A stretch of DNA of 64,000 bases from Trueperaceae bacterium. GTDB lineage: Bacteria; Deinococcota; Deinococci; Deinococcales; Trueperaceae. A model generated the notes under the pieces. It did not search any database, was not told where the DNA came from, and saw nothing but the letters and a program-made list of their open reading frames with translations. The position numbers and the translations under genes were made by a program. The number at the start of each line of letters is the position of its first letter. Position 1 is the first letter of the stretch. Shown piece by piece: positions 40,759-49,760 of the stretch. Where the stretch lies: positions 736,001 to 800,000 of the forward strand of contig JAXHNB010000005.1 in NCBI GenBank assembly GCA_034520945.1, given 5' to 3'.

Positions 40759-42612
40759 TCAGCGGTAGGCCACCACCGTGCCGTCGGTGGCCGCCACCAC
40801 CAGGGTGTCGTGCACGGGCAGGGGCGGCGCTTGGATCGGCGCGGCGCCCAGGCGGGCGCGGGCGCGCGGCGTGCCGTCCCGCGCGTCGAACCCGAGCACC
40901 TCGCCGCCCTCCGTCACCACCCACGCCACGCCGGACGCCACCACCGGGCTGGCGGTCACCGCGGCCGGCAACGGCTGGCTCCACACGTCGTCGCCACTCG
41001 CCAACGACAGGCAGTGCAGCGTGCGGGCCCAGGAGGCGGCGTACACCCGCCCGTTCCAGATCGCGGGGCCGCCGTAGGCGTCGCCCTCCAGGCCGTAGCT
41101 CCACACCGTGTCGCGCTCCGCCAGCGAGAAGCCGTGCAGTTCGCCGCTGCGCTCCAGCAGCAGCACCATGCCGGACGACGCGGCGGGGGGGCTCGGGGGG
41201 ACGCCCAGGTCGGCCCGGAAGCGGGTGGTCCCGTCCCCCAGGGAGACGGCCACCAGGCCCCCGTCTGCGTCCAGCGCGATCACCTCGCCCCGGTGGATCA
41301 GCGGCGGGGTGGCGGCCGGCGCGTTCAGATCGACGTGCCAGCGTAGCTCGCGTTGCGCCGTCCAGCGCTCGATGCTTCCCTCGCGCCGCGTCAGCAGCAG
41401 GCCGTCCTGGACCAGTGCCAGGCCGACGGCGTCCACCCCCTCGCCCTGCCACACCGTCTCGCCGCGCGGCCAGGCGATCTCCGCCAGCGCGCCGTCGCGG
41501 CTGGCCACCCAGATGCGGCCGTTCGCGTAGGCGGGGGGCAGGCTGACCTCGTCGCGCAGCTCGAAGCGGTCGTGCACGCCGCCGTCCGCGGGCCGGAGCA
41601 CGGCCAGCGTGTCGCTGCGAAGGCCGGCCAGCAGAAACCCCTCCGCCGCGGCCAGGCCCGCCGGCCATTGCGGGCCTTGGTCCAGCCGGACGCGCCACCG
41701 CTCGTGCAGGCTCCGGGGCGCGGCCGGGCCGCTGGGGTAATACCCGCAGCGGGCCGCCCCGGCGGCGGGCAGCTGCGTGGCGGACAGGCGCACCTCGCCC
41801 ATGACCGAGCGCAACGCCTCCGCCACCTCGTACCCCGAGGAGGGGCGCTGCGCGGGCGCCTTCTCCAGCAGGGTCGAGATCAGGTCCGACAGGGACGGGG
41901 GGACCAACGGGTTACGTTCGATCGCGGGCACCACGTCGCCGTACACGTGCTGGTACAGCACCGCCTGGTCGTTGTCGGCGTCGAAGGGGGCGACGCCCGT
42001 CACGGTGCGGTACAGCACCACCCCGAAGGCGTACAGGTCGGTCGCCCCACCGGTCGCCTCGCCCGTCGCCTGCTCGGGCGCCATGTACTGCGGTGTGCCC
42101 AGCGTGAAGCCGGTGCGGGTGAGCTCGCGGCTGCTCTCGGTCAGTTGGACCAGGCCGAAGTCCATCACCTTGGGGCTGCCGTGCGGCGGGAGCAGGATGT
42201 TGCGGGGGGTGAGGTCGCGGTGCACCATGCCGAGCTCGTGCACGTAGCCCAGCGTCTCGGCGACGCTGATCGCGGCGCGCAGCAGGCGCCCCTGCGATGC
42301 CACGTCGCCCTCCCAGGGGCCGAGGTCGGTGAACGGGCCGCCCTCGATGCGTTCCATGGCGAAGTAGACGTGCTCGCCCTGTCCCAGGTCGAAGATGGTG
42401 ACGATCCCGGGATGGGACAGTTGCGCCAAGGCGCGGATCTCGCGGCGAAACCGCTCGCTGTCGGCCTCGGTCAGGTGGGGCCGAAGGACCTTGAGCGCGA
42501 CCTGCCGTTCGAGGTGGAGATCCCGCGCCGCGAATACGTGCGCCATGCCGCCCTGCCCGAGCGGCCCCTCGATCTGGTAGCGGTCGCCCAGGACGTCACC
42601 GGGTTCGAACAT
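40759..42612 (-). CDS. Hanks-type Ser/Thr kinase with C-terminal PQQ-like beta-propeller (RqkA-like architecture)
   Basis: LGQGGMA, VALKV, HRDLTPRNI, DFGL, GTPQYMAPE, followed by repeated Trp-ending propeller blades. Confidence 0.9.
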   Translation of the reverse strand: MFEPGDVLGDRYQIEGPLGQGGMAHVFAARDLHLERQVALKVLRPHLTEADSERFRREIRALAQLSHPGIVTIFDLGQGEHVYFAMERIEGGPFTDLGPWEGDVASQGRLLRAAISVAETLGYVHELGMVHRDLTPRNILLPPHGSPKVMDFGLVQLTESSRELTRTGFTLGTPQYMAPEQATGEATGGATDLYAFGVVLYRTVTGVAPFDADNDQAVLYQHVYGDVVPAIERNPLVPPSLSDLISTLLEKAPAQRPSSGYEVAEALRSVMGEVRLSATQLPAAGAARCGYYPSGPAAPRSLHERWRVRLDQGPQWPAGLAAAEGFLLAGLRSDTLAVLRPADGGVHDRFELRDEVSLPPAYANGRIWVASRDGALAEIAWPRGETVWQGEGVDAVGLALVQDGLLLTRREGSIERWTAQRELRWHVDLNAPAATPPLIHRGEVIALDADGGLVAVSLGDGTTRFRADLGVPPSPPAASSGMVLLLERSGELHGFSLAERDTVWSYGLEGDAYGGPAIWNGRVYAASWARTLHCLSLASGDDVWSQPLPAAVTASPVVASGVAWVVTEGGEVLGFDARDGTPRARARLGAAPIQAPPLPVHDTLVVAATDGTVVAYR

Positions 42613-42618
42613 CCCCGC

Positions 42619-42831
42619 TCAGCGCTCGTCGTCCAGGTCCTTCAGCAGCCTCGGATCCAGCTGCCCGTCCTCGACGGCCTTGTTCAGCATCTCGATGCCG
42701 AGCCGGACCACCTCGGACTTGGACACCAAGCGTTCGGGGTTGGACAGTTGGTAGGCGGTCTTGGTCAGCAGCGAGTCCTGTTCCTCGCTGAGAACGACCT
42801 GAAGGCGCTTGCTCTTTTCGCGTTTGGGCAC
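42619..42831 (-). CDS. small ribbon-helix-helix-like regulator (70 aa)
   Basis: MPKREKSKRLQVVLSEEQDSLL...VSKSEVVRLGIEML has a beta-strand then two helices. GTG after GGAAGGA. Confidence 0.7.
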   Translation of the reverse strand: MPKREKSKRLQVVLSEEQDSLLTKTAYQLSNPERLVSKSEVVRLGIEMLNKAVEDGQLDPRLLKDLDDER

Positions 42832-42888
42832 GTCAGGGTCCTTCCACCACGACTGAGGTGGCGTCAGTGTAGCACTGAACGCATATGC

Positions 42889-42917
42889 TTGACAATCATG
42901 ACGTGTGTGGCTATGCT
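42889..42917 (+). promoter_or_regulatory. sigma70-type promoter of murA
   Basis: TTGACA (42889-42894), 17-bp spacer, TATGCT (42912-42917). Confidence 0.8.
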
Positions 42918-42981
42918 CCTCGTGAGCATCGTGTGTAAGATGCGTACGTATGCCCGACCTCTTCCCGATGGGACCGACCCC

Positions 42982-44283
42982 ATGACCAGCATCCCCCACG
43001 ACGCGCTCACGATCACCGGAGGTCGCCCCCTCGAGGGGCGCGCCCGCATTCAGGGCGCCAAGAACTCGGCACTGTACCTCATCCTCGCCTCGCTCCTCAC
43101 CGACGAAAAGGTCGTCCTCCGCGACGTGCCCCGCCTCAGCGACGTGCTGGTCGGGCTCGAGATCCTCTCGCACGTCGGCGTGGACGTGCGTTGGAGCGGT
43201 CGCGACCTGCACCTGCACGCCCGAAACGTCGTCCGCTCCGACGCCCCCTTCGGCCTGGTCCGCAAGATGCGGGCCAGTTTCGTGGTGATGGGCGCCCTGC
43301 TGGCGCGGACCGGCGTGGCGCGGATCGGGGTGCCGGGCGGGTGCACCTTCGGCCCTCGGCCCGTGGACCGGCACATCCGCGCCTTCGAGGCGCTCGGCGT
43401 CCGCATCATCGAGCAAGAGGGCGACTTCGTCGCCGAACGGCACGGGCCGCTGGAGGGCCACGTCGCGTTCGACGCCCCCACCGTCGGCGGCACGCAGAAC
43501 GTGCTGCTGGCCAGCGCGTTGGGCAGCCGCCGCGTCGTGATCGAGAACGCCGCGCTGGAGCCCGAGGTGGCCGACCTGATCGAGCTTCTCACCGCCATGG
43601 GGGCGCGCATCCAAGGGGCGGGCACCCGCGTGCTGAGCGTGCAGGGGGTTCCCCGCCTCGGCGGGGCGACCTTCGCGCCGATCCCCGACCGCATCGAGGC
43701 CGGCACGTTCCTGCTGGCCGCCGCGGCGACGCGGGGACGGGTGCACCTCGACGGCGTGCGCCCCGAACACCTCGAGGCGGTCCTGGCCGCGCTCCGCGCC
43801 ACCGGCGTCCTGATCGAGACGCAAGGCCGCACCGTCGGCTTGGACGCCGCGGGGCCCCTGCACGCCATCGATGTGACCGCGACGCCCTACCCCGGCCTGC
43901 CGACCGACCTGCAGGCGCCCTTCGGCGCCTACCTGGCGACGCTTCCGGGCACCTCCACCGTGCGGGACGAGGTGTACCCCGACCGCTTCACGCACGTCGA
44001 GGAGTTGCGCAAGATGGGCGCCCGCCTGTCCCTGGACGAGCGCACGCTGACCATCGAGGGCGGCACCCTGGCCGGCACCGACATCCATGCCGCCGACATT
44101 CGCGCCGGGGGCGCCCTGGTCGTCGCGGCACTCGCCGCGGAGGGCACGTCGCGCCTGACCGGCACCGAGTACCTGGACCGGGGCTACGAGAACCTCGCCG
44201 CGCGCCTCCGCGGCCTGAACGCCCGCGTGGGGGAGGGTGAACCCGCCGCGCGCGTCGCGGCCTCCGGCGCGCGCACGGCCTGA
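42982..44283 (+). CDS. murA: UDP-N-acetylglucosamine 1-carboxyvinyltransferase
   Basis: GAKNS, KMRAS, PGGCTFGPRPVDRH, PDRIEAGT, YPGLPTDLQ, DRGYE. Confidence 0.95.
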   Translation: MTSIPHDALTITGGRPLEGRARIQGAKNSALYLILASLLTDEKVVLRDVPRLSDVLVGLEILSHVGVDVRWSGRDLHLHARNVVRSDAPFGLVRKMRASFVVMGALLARTGVARIGVPGGCTFGPRPVDRHIRAFEALGVRIIEQEGDFVAERHGPLEGHVAFDAPTVGGTQNVLLASALGSRRVVIENAALEPEVADLIELLTAMGARIQGAGTRVLSVQGVPRLGGATFAPIPDRIEAGTFLLAAAATRGRVHLDGVRPEHLEAVLAALRATGVLIETQGRTVGLDAAGPLHAIDVTATPYPGLPTDLQAPFGAYLATLPGTSTVRDEVYPDRFTHVEELRKMGARLSLDERTLTIEGGTLAGTDIHAADIRAGGALVVAALAAEGTSRLTGTEYLDRGYENLAARLRGLNARVGEGEPAARVAASGARTA

Positions 44284-44377
44284 ACCGGGCCGAGGCGCCG
44301 GCCGGCCGCCTGTCGCACCCCGCCGGCACGGACCCCGCCCCGGACGCACGGCCGGCGGCGCATCGCGTAGGCGTGCG

Positions 44378-45620
44378 TCACGTGCGGGCGTCGGGATCGT
44401 TCGGGTCGGGCGCATCGGGGTCGGCGTCGGGTGCGCCCTCGGATTCGCCCGCGTCTTGCACCGGATCCGCGGCCGTGTCGTCGGCGTCCGTCGCGCCTTC
44501 GTCGCGGGCGGCCGGCGCGGGGGGCGCTGGCGTCCAGGCCGGCTCGTCGTCCTCGTTGCCATGAAGCCAGGTGTCGTCGTCCGCGTCCGGCCAGGGGTGC
44601 TGGACGCCCCCCTCGTGCGGGGGCGTGGCTGCGTGGGACGGTACGCTCCGGTCGCTCGCTGGCGTCGGGGAGGTCGGGGTCGGCGCCGTCGGTGCCTGCC
44701 GCGGGGGAGGACTCCGGTGCCGCGGCCAGGTCGCTCTCCTCGATCGTGTCGCTCTCCTCGATCGTGGCGCCCTCAGCGTCGTCGGCGTCCGCGCTGCCGG
44801 GTCGCAGCGCCTCGCCGCCGCTGGGCGCCTCCGGTTCGCTCGCTGAGGGGATCGCCTCGCCGTGGGCCGGAGCGCCGGCGCGCCGCGCGATACGTTGGCG
44901 AAGGACCAGCCCGGCGGTGGCGACCCCGAGTCCGAGCACCATCATGACGAGCCAGGGCGCGCCCGGCGTGCCCGAGCGGCCGGCCGGCAGCACGCCCGAG
45001 CGCCACGCCTGGGCCTGCGCCGCTTCATCCGAGGCCAGCAGGTCGACCACCGGGGGGCCGCCGCCGGGGTGCGAGAACGCCCACGGGCTCGGTCCGTCTG
45101 CCAGGGGCCGCCACCCGTCGAGCCGGAACGGGTCGTACACGCCCGTCAGCGCCTGCACGCGGAGGCGTTCCGGCGTGCGGAACGGCGTGCGGATCACCAG
45201 CCGATCGCCGTCGCGGGCGACCCGGACCGGATACTCGGTGTCCTCCTGGTCGCTGGCCAGACGGGCGAAGGCACGATCGCCCGTCAGCCGCACCGCGATG
45301 TTCCACGCGCGGTCCGAAGGCATGCGCATGTCGGGGCCGGGCAGCAGCGTCTCGCGGCCGCCCTCGTCGGTATCGAGGTACAGATCCACCACCGCCAGGG
45401 TGAGGCCGAGGGGCAGGTCGCCGGGGTTCGGCGTCGCCGCCAGCGTGACCTGCAAGGTGAGCGTCTCGCCCTCGAGCCATGCGATCTCGGTCAGGTCGAA
45501 CGGGGCCAGCGAGGAGTACACCGCCGCCGTCGGCGGCGTAAGGTCGCCGGCGCCGTAGGTGTCGCCGCCCGGGTCGGACCAGGTCGCCAGGGCCGCCAAT
45601 GCGAGCAGTTCGAGGGTCAC
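44378..45620 (-). CDS. glucodextranase DOMON-like domain membrane protein with acidic tail (apparent +1 frameshift near 44640-44710)
   Basis: WSDPGGDTYGAG...FDL...NPGDLPLG...VDLYLD and a TM helix. The acidic tail continues in the +1 frame to TGA at 44378-44380. Confidence 0.7.
44731..44766 (-). repeat. 18-bp in-frame tandem duplication (TIEESD x2)
   Basis: tcgctctcctcgatcgtg occurs twice in tandem. Confidence 0.9.
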
Positions 45621-46978
45621 GCCAGCACCTCGCCGCTACGCGCCGCCCAGGCCAGGCCGATCAACTCCCCTGCCAGCCGCTCCGGGTCGTGCTGCGCGTG
45701 CGGTCCGGGGCCCAGCAGGGGAAGGGCACGGACGGGTACGCCCTGATGCGCGAACGACGCCAGGTCGGGGTCGACCGGTTCGGCCCCCTCGCCGTGGTAG
45801 GCCTCCCGCCGTGCCGCGTCGATGGGCGCGTCGTTGAGGAGCACCAGGTCGGGCCAACGCCCCAGGTGGTCGAAGATGGCCCGTGCGTGCTCGAACGCGG
45901 TCATGCCGTCCGTCTCGCCCGCCTCCGTCATGATGTTGCACACGTACACGACCGGCGCCTTGCCCCGCCTGAGCGCCGTGCGGACCTCGTCGACCACCAG
46001 GGGGGCCAGCACCGAGGTGTACAGGCTGCCGGGTCCCAGCACCACCAGGTTCGCGTGGTGCGTGGCCTGCACGACCTCGGGCAGGGCGCGCACGTCCGCC
46101 GGTTCCAGCGCCAGTTCTCGCACCCGACCCGGCACGGTGCGGAGGTAGCTCTCGCCCCGCGCCACCACGCCCCCATCCTTGTGGGCCACCAGGCCGACGG
46201 GTTGCGCCGTGACCGGCCACACGGCGCCCGAGAGGTTGAGGAGGCGGTTCAGGACCCGCGTGGCCTGCCCGAAGTCGCCCTCCACTTCGGACAGCGTGGC
46301 GATCAAGAGGTTGCCGAAGGTGTGGCCGCGCAGCTCGTCCCCACGCGCGAAGCGGTAGTCCATCAGCCGGCTGACCTCGACCTCGTGGTCGGACAGTGCC
46401 GCCAGGCAGTCCGACAGGTCGCCCGGGGCGGGCATGTCGAACGCGATCCGGAGGCGGCCCGACGACCCGCCGTCGTCGGCGACCGTGACGACGGCCGTGA
46501 GGTTGCTCGTCGCCTGGCGCAGGCCGCGCAAGGCGTTGGCCAGCCCCGTACCCCCGCCGAACGCCACGATGCGGGGCCCGCGCGACAGCGAAAGGCGCCG
46601 GTGCAGGAGCATGGCGGCGTCGCGGGGCCGCGGCATCCAGTTGGACAGCAGCGAACGGTTCAGACGGGCGATCGCCTCGATGGCGAAACCCGCGCCCACC
46701 ACCCCCACCAGCAGGGAGATCCACCCACCGTACGTGCGCCACCGATCGCCGACCAGCACCTCCTCGATGGGGGCCGCGATGGCCCGGCGTTCCTCGCCCA
46801 GCAGCCACAAGGCCCCGACCACCGTCGCGACCATCACAATGATCACGCCCAGCACGGCCATGAAGACGTAGCGCTTCACGCCCATGCCCGGCGCCAACCA
46901 GAAGCGGAGGCGGCCCAGGGGCCCGACCGGCGTGGCGCCGACGTCCCGCGCCGCGCCCGGCTCGTACCGTTCGTTCAC
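45617..46978 (-). CDS. yvcK: YvcK/GlmR family protein with N-terminal TM extension
   Basis: FGGGTGL, VADDGGSSGRLR, GHTFGNL, GPGSLYTS, NIMTEAGET. Confidence 0.92.
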   Translation of the reverse strand: MNERYEPGAARDVGATPVGPLGRLRFWLAPGMGVKRYVFMAVLGVIIVMVATVVGALWLLGEERRAIAAPIEEVLVGDRWRTYGGWISLLVGVVGAGFAIEAIARLNRSLLSNWMPRPRDAAMLLHRRLSLSRGPRIVAFGGGTGLANALRGLRQATSNLTAVVTVADDGGSSGRLRIAFDMPAPGDLSDCLAALSDHEVEVSRLMDYRFARGDELRGHTFGNLLIATLSEVEGDFGQATRVLNRLLNLSGAVWPVTAQPVGLVAHKDGGVVARGESYLRTVPGRVRELALEPADVRALPEVVQATHHANLVVLGPGSLYTSVLAPLVVDEVRTALRRGKAPVVYVCNIMTEAGETDGMTAFEHARAIFDHLGRWPDLVLLNDAPIDAARREAYHGEGAEPVDPDLASFAHQGVPVRALPLLGPGPHAQHDPERLAGELIGLAWAARSGEVLA

Positions 46979-47850
46979 GGTGTCCCCGCGTCGTCCTCGT
47001 GCGCGTCCGGACGTTCCGCCAACGCCGCCGCCAAGTCCCGGTGGGCCGGTTCCACCGTGAACTCGCCGGCGAGGTCGTGCGCCAAGCGCTCGACCACCGC
47101 GACCGAGCGATGCTGCCCCCCGGTGCAGCCGATGGCCACGGCGTACGAACCGCGCCCAGCGTGCCGGGCGGCGGCGGCGAGCTCGCGCGTGACGTGACGC
47201 AACGGCGCGTACGCGTCCAGTCCCCCCTGCTCGAACACGTGGGCCTGCACGCGTGCGTCGGTGCCCGGCAGGGGCCGCAGCGCCTCGTCGTAGAAGGGGT
47301 TGGGGAACCCGCGCACGTCCAACACCGTATCGACGTCCGTGGGCAGGCCGCGCTTGTAGCCGAACGAAACCAACCGCACGTGAAAACGGTCGTCGCCCGC
47401 CATGCGTTGCATGCGTGCGCGCAGGTCCCGCTCGGCCAGCGCGGTGGTGTCGACCACCACGTCGGCGCGCGAACGCAGCGGGGCCAGCAGGCGCCGCTCT
47501 TCGCCCAGGTCCTGCTCCAAGCGGCCTTGGCCCAACGGGTGGGTGCGGCGGGTGAAGCTGAAGCGGCGCACCAGCACGTCGTCGCGGGCGTCGAGGTACA
47601 CCACGCGCACCATCGCGCCCGCGGCGGACAGCGCCGCGAGGGCCGCGTTCAGACCCGGCAGGAACGGGGCGGTCCGCACGTCGATGCCGATCGCCAGCGT
47701 CTCGCGCCCCGCCGCGTGGGCAGCACGTGCCATGTCCGCCCACAAGGCGGGCGGCAGGTTGTCCACGGCCAGAAACCCGGCATCCTCCAGCGCGTGCAGC
47801 GCCGTGGTCTTGCCGGCGCCGCTCATGCCGGTCAGGACGACGACCGTCAC
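46975..47850 (-). CDS. rapZ: RapZ/YvcJ P-loop nucleotide-binding protein
   Basis: TGMSGAGKT, VDNLP, TRRTHPL, SFGYKRG, IGCTGGQHRSV. Confidence 0.94.
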   Translation of the reverse strand: MTVVVLTGMSGAGKTTALHALEDAGFLAVDNLPPALWADMARAAHAAGRETLAIGIDVRTAPFLPGLNAALAALSAAGAMVRVVYLDARDDVLVRRFSFTRRTHPLGQGRLEQDLGEERRLLAPLRSRADVVVDTTALAERDLRARMQRMAGDDRFHVRLVSFGYKRGLPTDVDTVLDVRGFPNPFYDEALRPLPGTDARVQAHVFEQGGLDAYAPLRHVTRELAAAARHAGRGSYAVAIGCTGGQHRSVAVVERLAHDLAGEFTVEPAHRDLAAALAERPDAHEDDAGTP

Positions 47851-48545
47851 CGGGCCCCCTGCGGGGCGCTGCCCGGCGTCCAGATGCAGGCGACGACCAC
47901 GCCGCCCTGTTCCACGATGGCGGCGCGCGCCACCTGGGCCAGCATGCGCCCGGGACACACGATCCAGGTGTCGCGTTCTTCCCGCACGCGCACGAACGCC
48001 GGGTCCGCGTCCGCGACCTGCGCGAAGCGCGTGGACGCCCCCGGACGCGTCGGCGCCAGCGCCTGCGCCGCGGGCTCTTGCAGCAGCTCCCAGCGACCGT
48101 CGCGGAACCGGATCATGCCCCGCATGTCGCCCACGTCGACCACGAACGTCGCCGAGCCGGGGATCGGCTGGTGGTACGACTCGGGGGCTCTGAACCCTAC
48201 GTTGCGCCTCACGCACCCCGCCGCCGGAGCCCCTGGGGTCCGGGAGACCGCCACCGCTTCGTCCGTGGCGCGCGTGCGCAACAGCTCCGCCAGGGCCTCG
48301 GCGTCGCGCCGGGCGTGGTAGCACCCGACCCGCACGCGGGTGTACTGACGCCCCTCATTCATCGCGAACTCGGTGTAGGCGTCGAACTCCATCCGTTCGA
48401 GGTCCGCCGCGACGGCGCGTGCCTCCTGGTAGTCGCGCAACGCGACGGTCTGCACGGTCCACGTCTGCGCCCAGGCGGTCCCGGCCAGCAGCAGGGCGCA
48501 CGACCAGGCCACAGCGCGTAGGAACGCCGGCGCGTGCCCGCTCAC
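47847..48545 (-). CDS. exported SPOR-domain protein
   Basis: Signal peptide ending AWA, then WTVQTVALRDYQEA...YTRVRVGCY...DAEALAELL. Confidence 0.7.
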   Translation of the reverse strand: MSGHAPAFLRAVAWSCALLLAGTAWAQTWTVQTVALRDYQEARAVAADLERMEFDAYTEFAMNEGRQYTRVRVGCYHARRDAEALAELLRTRATDEAVAVSRTPGAPAAGCVRRNVGFRAPESYHQPIPGSATFVVDVGDMRGMIRFRDGRWELLQEPAAQALAPTRPGASTRFAQVADADPAFVRVREERDTWIVCPGRMLAQVARAAIVEQGGVVVACIWTPGSAPQGAR

Positions 48546-49177
48546 GGCGTCCCCGGGACCGTCGCGCCGGCCAGGCGTCCGAACGTCCGGAGCAGGTGCA
48601 GGCCGGCGCGTTGGCTCTTTTCGGGATGGAACTGGGTGGCGTGGAGCGTGCCGAGACTGATGGCGCTCAGGAACGATGTCTCGCCGTAGCGGGTGCGCCC
48701 CCCCACCAGGTCGGGCAGGTCGAAGTCGACGTAGTACGAGTTCGCGAAGTAGGCGTGAACCCCGTCCGGCAAGCCCGCCAGCAGCTCGGGATCGCCGACC
48801 TTCCACACGCGGTTCCAGCCCATCTGCGGCACGCTGGGCCCGCCGGCCGGGAACCGTCGCACCCATCCCGGCAAAAGGCCGAGCCCCGGCACGTCGGGCG
48901 CCTCGTCCGAGCCTTCCATCAGCAATTGCAGGCCCACGCAGATCCCCAAGAACGGCCGCCCGGCCGCCAGGTGGGCACGCACGACCGGCTCGAAGCCGCT
49001 GTCCGCGAAGGAACGCATCACCTGGCCGAAGTGACCCTGCCCCGGGAGAACCAGCACGTCGGCGCCTTCGGCGTCGGCCGGATCCCGCTGGGCCTCGGCC
49101 GGGAGTCCGGCCACCGCGAGGGCCTTCGAGACGCTGTGCAGGTTGCCGGCCCCGTAATCGATCAGGACCGTGCGCAC
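48542..49177 (-). CDS. hisH: imidazole glycerol phosphate synthase glutaminase subunit
   Basis: IDYGAGNLHSV, LGICVGLQLL, VPQMGWN, QFHPEKS. Confidence 0.95.
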   Translation of the reverse strand: MRTVLIDYGAGNLHSVSKALAVAGLPAEAQRDPADAEGADVLVLPGQGHFGQVMRSFADSGFEPVVRAHLAAGRPFLGICVGLQLLMEGSDEAPDVPGLGLLPGWVRRFPAGGPSVPQMGWNRVWKVGDPELLAGLPDGVHAYFANSYYVDFDLPDLVGGRTRYGETSFLSAISLGTLHATQFHPEKSQRAGLHLLRTFGRLAGATVPGTP

Positions 49178-49178
49178 G

Positions 49179-49760
49179 TCAAAGGACCCCCTTGGTGCTG
49201 GGGAGGTCGCCCCCCGTGACGCGCACGGCGTCGCGAAGGGCGCGCGCGAACGCCTTGGTGACCGCTTCGCAGACGTGGTGTGCTTCGCGACCCGCCAGGA
49301 CCCGAACGTGGACGGTCGCGCCGGCATGGTTGACGAGTCCGCGCAGCAGTTCGCGCAGGTGATGGACGCGGAATCCATGGGCGTCCCCCTCGAAGCCACC
49401 TGGGTCGAACGCCAGGAACGCGCGGCCCGAAAGGTCCACCGTGACGTGCGCCAGCGTTTCGTCCATCGGCACGAAGGCGTCCCCGTAGCGTTCGATGCCC
49501 TCGCCGTCGCCGAGGGCTTCGCGCAGGGCGCCGCCCAGCACGATGCCGACGTCCTCGGCGAGGTGGTGCACGTCGACGCTGGCCACGTCGCCGCGCCCCT
49601 CGAGCTCGAGGTCCAAGCGGCCGTGCCGCGCCAGCTGATCCAGCAGATGCGTCAGGAAGCCGTGATCGGTGTCGAGCCGTGCGGTGCCCCCGTCCAGGTC
49701 CAACGTCAGGCGCACGTCGGTCTCGAAGGTGGCCCGGTGGCGCTGGGCGCGCCTAGCCAT
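49179..49760 (-). CDS. hisB: imidazoleglycerol-phosphate dehydratase
   Basis: DVHHLAED, VPMDETL, DLSGR, HHVCEA, PSTKGVL. Confidence 0.95.
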   Translation of the reverse strand: MARRAQRHRATFETDVRLTLDLDGGTARLDTDHGFLTHLLDQLARHGRLDLELEGRGDVASVDVHHLAEDVGIVLGGALREALGDGEGIERYGDAFVPMDETLAHVTVDLSGRAFLAFDPGGFEGDAHGFRVHHLRELLRGLVNHAGATVHVRVLAGREAHHVCEAVTKAFARALRDAVRVTGGDLPSTKGVL

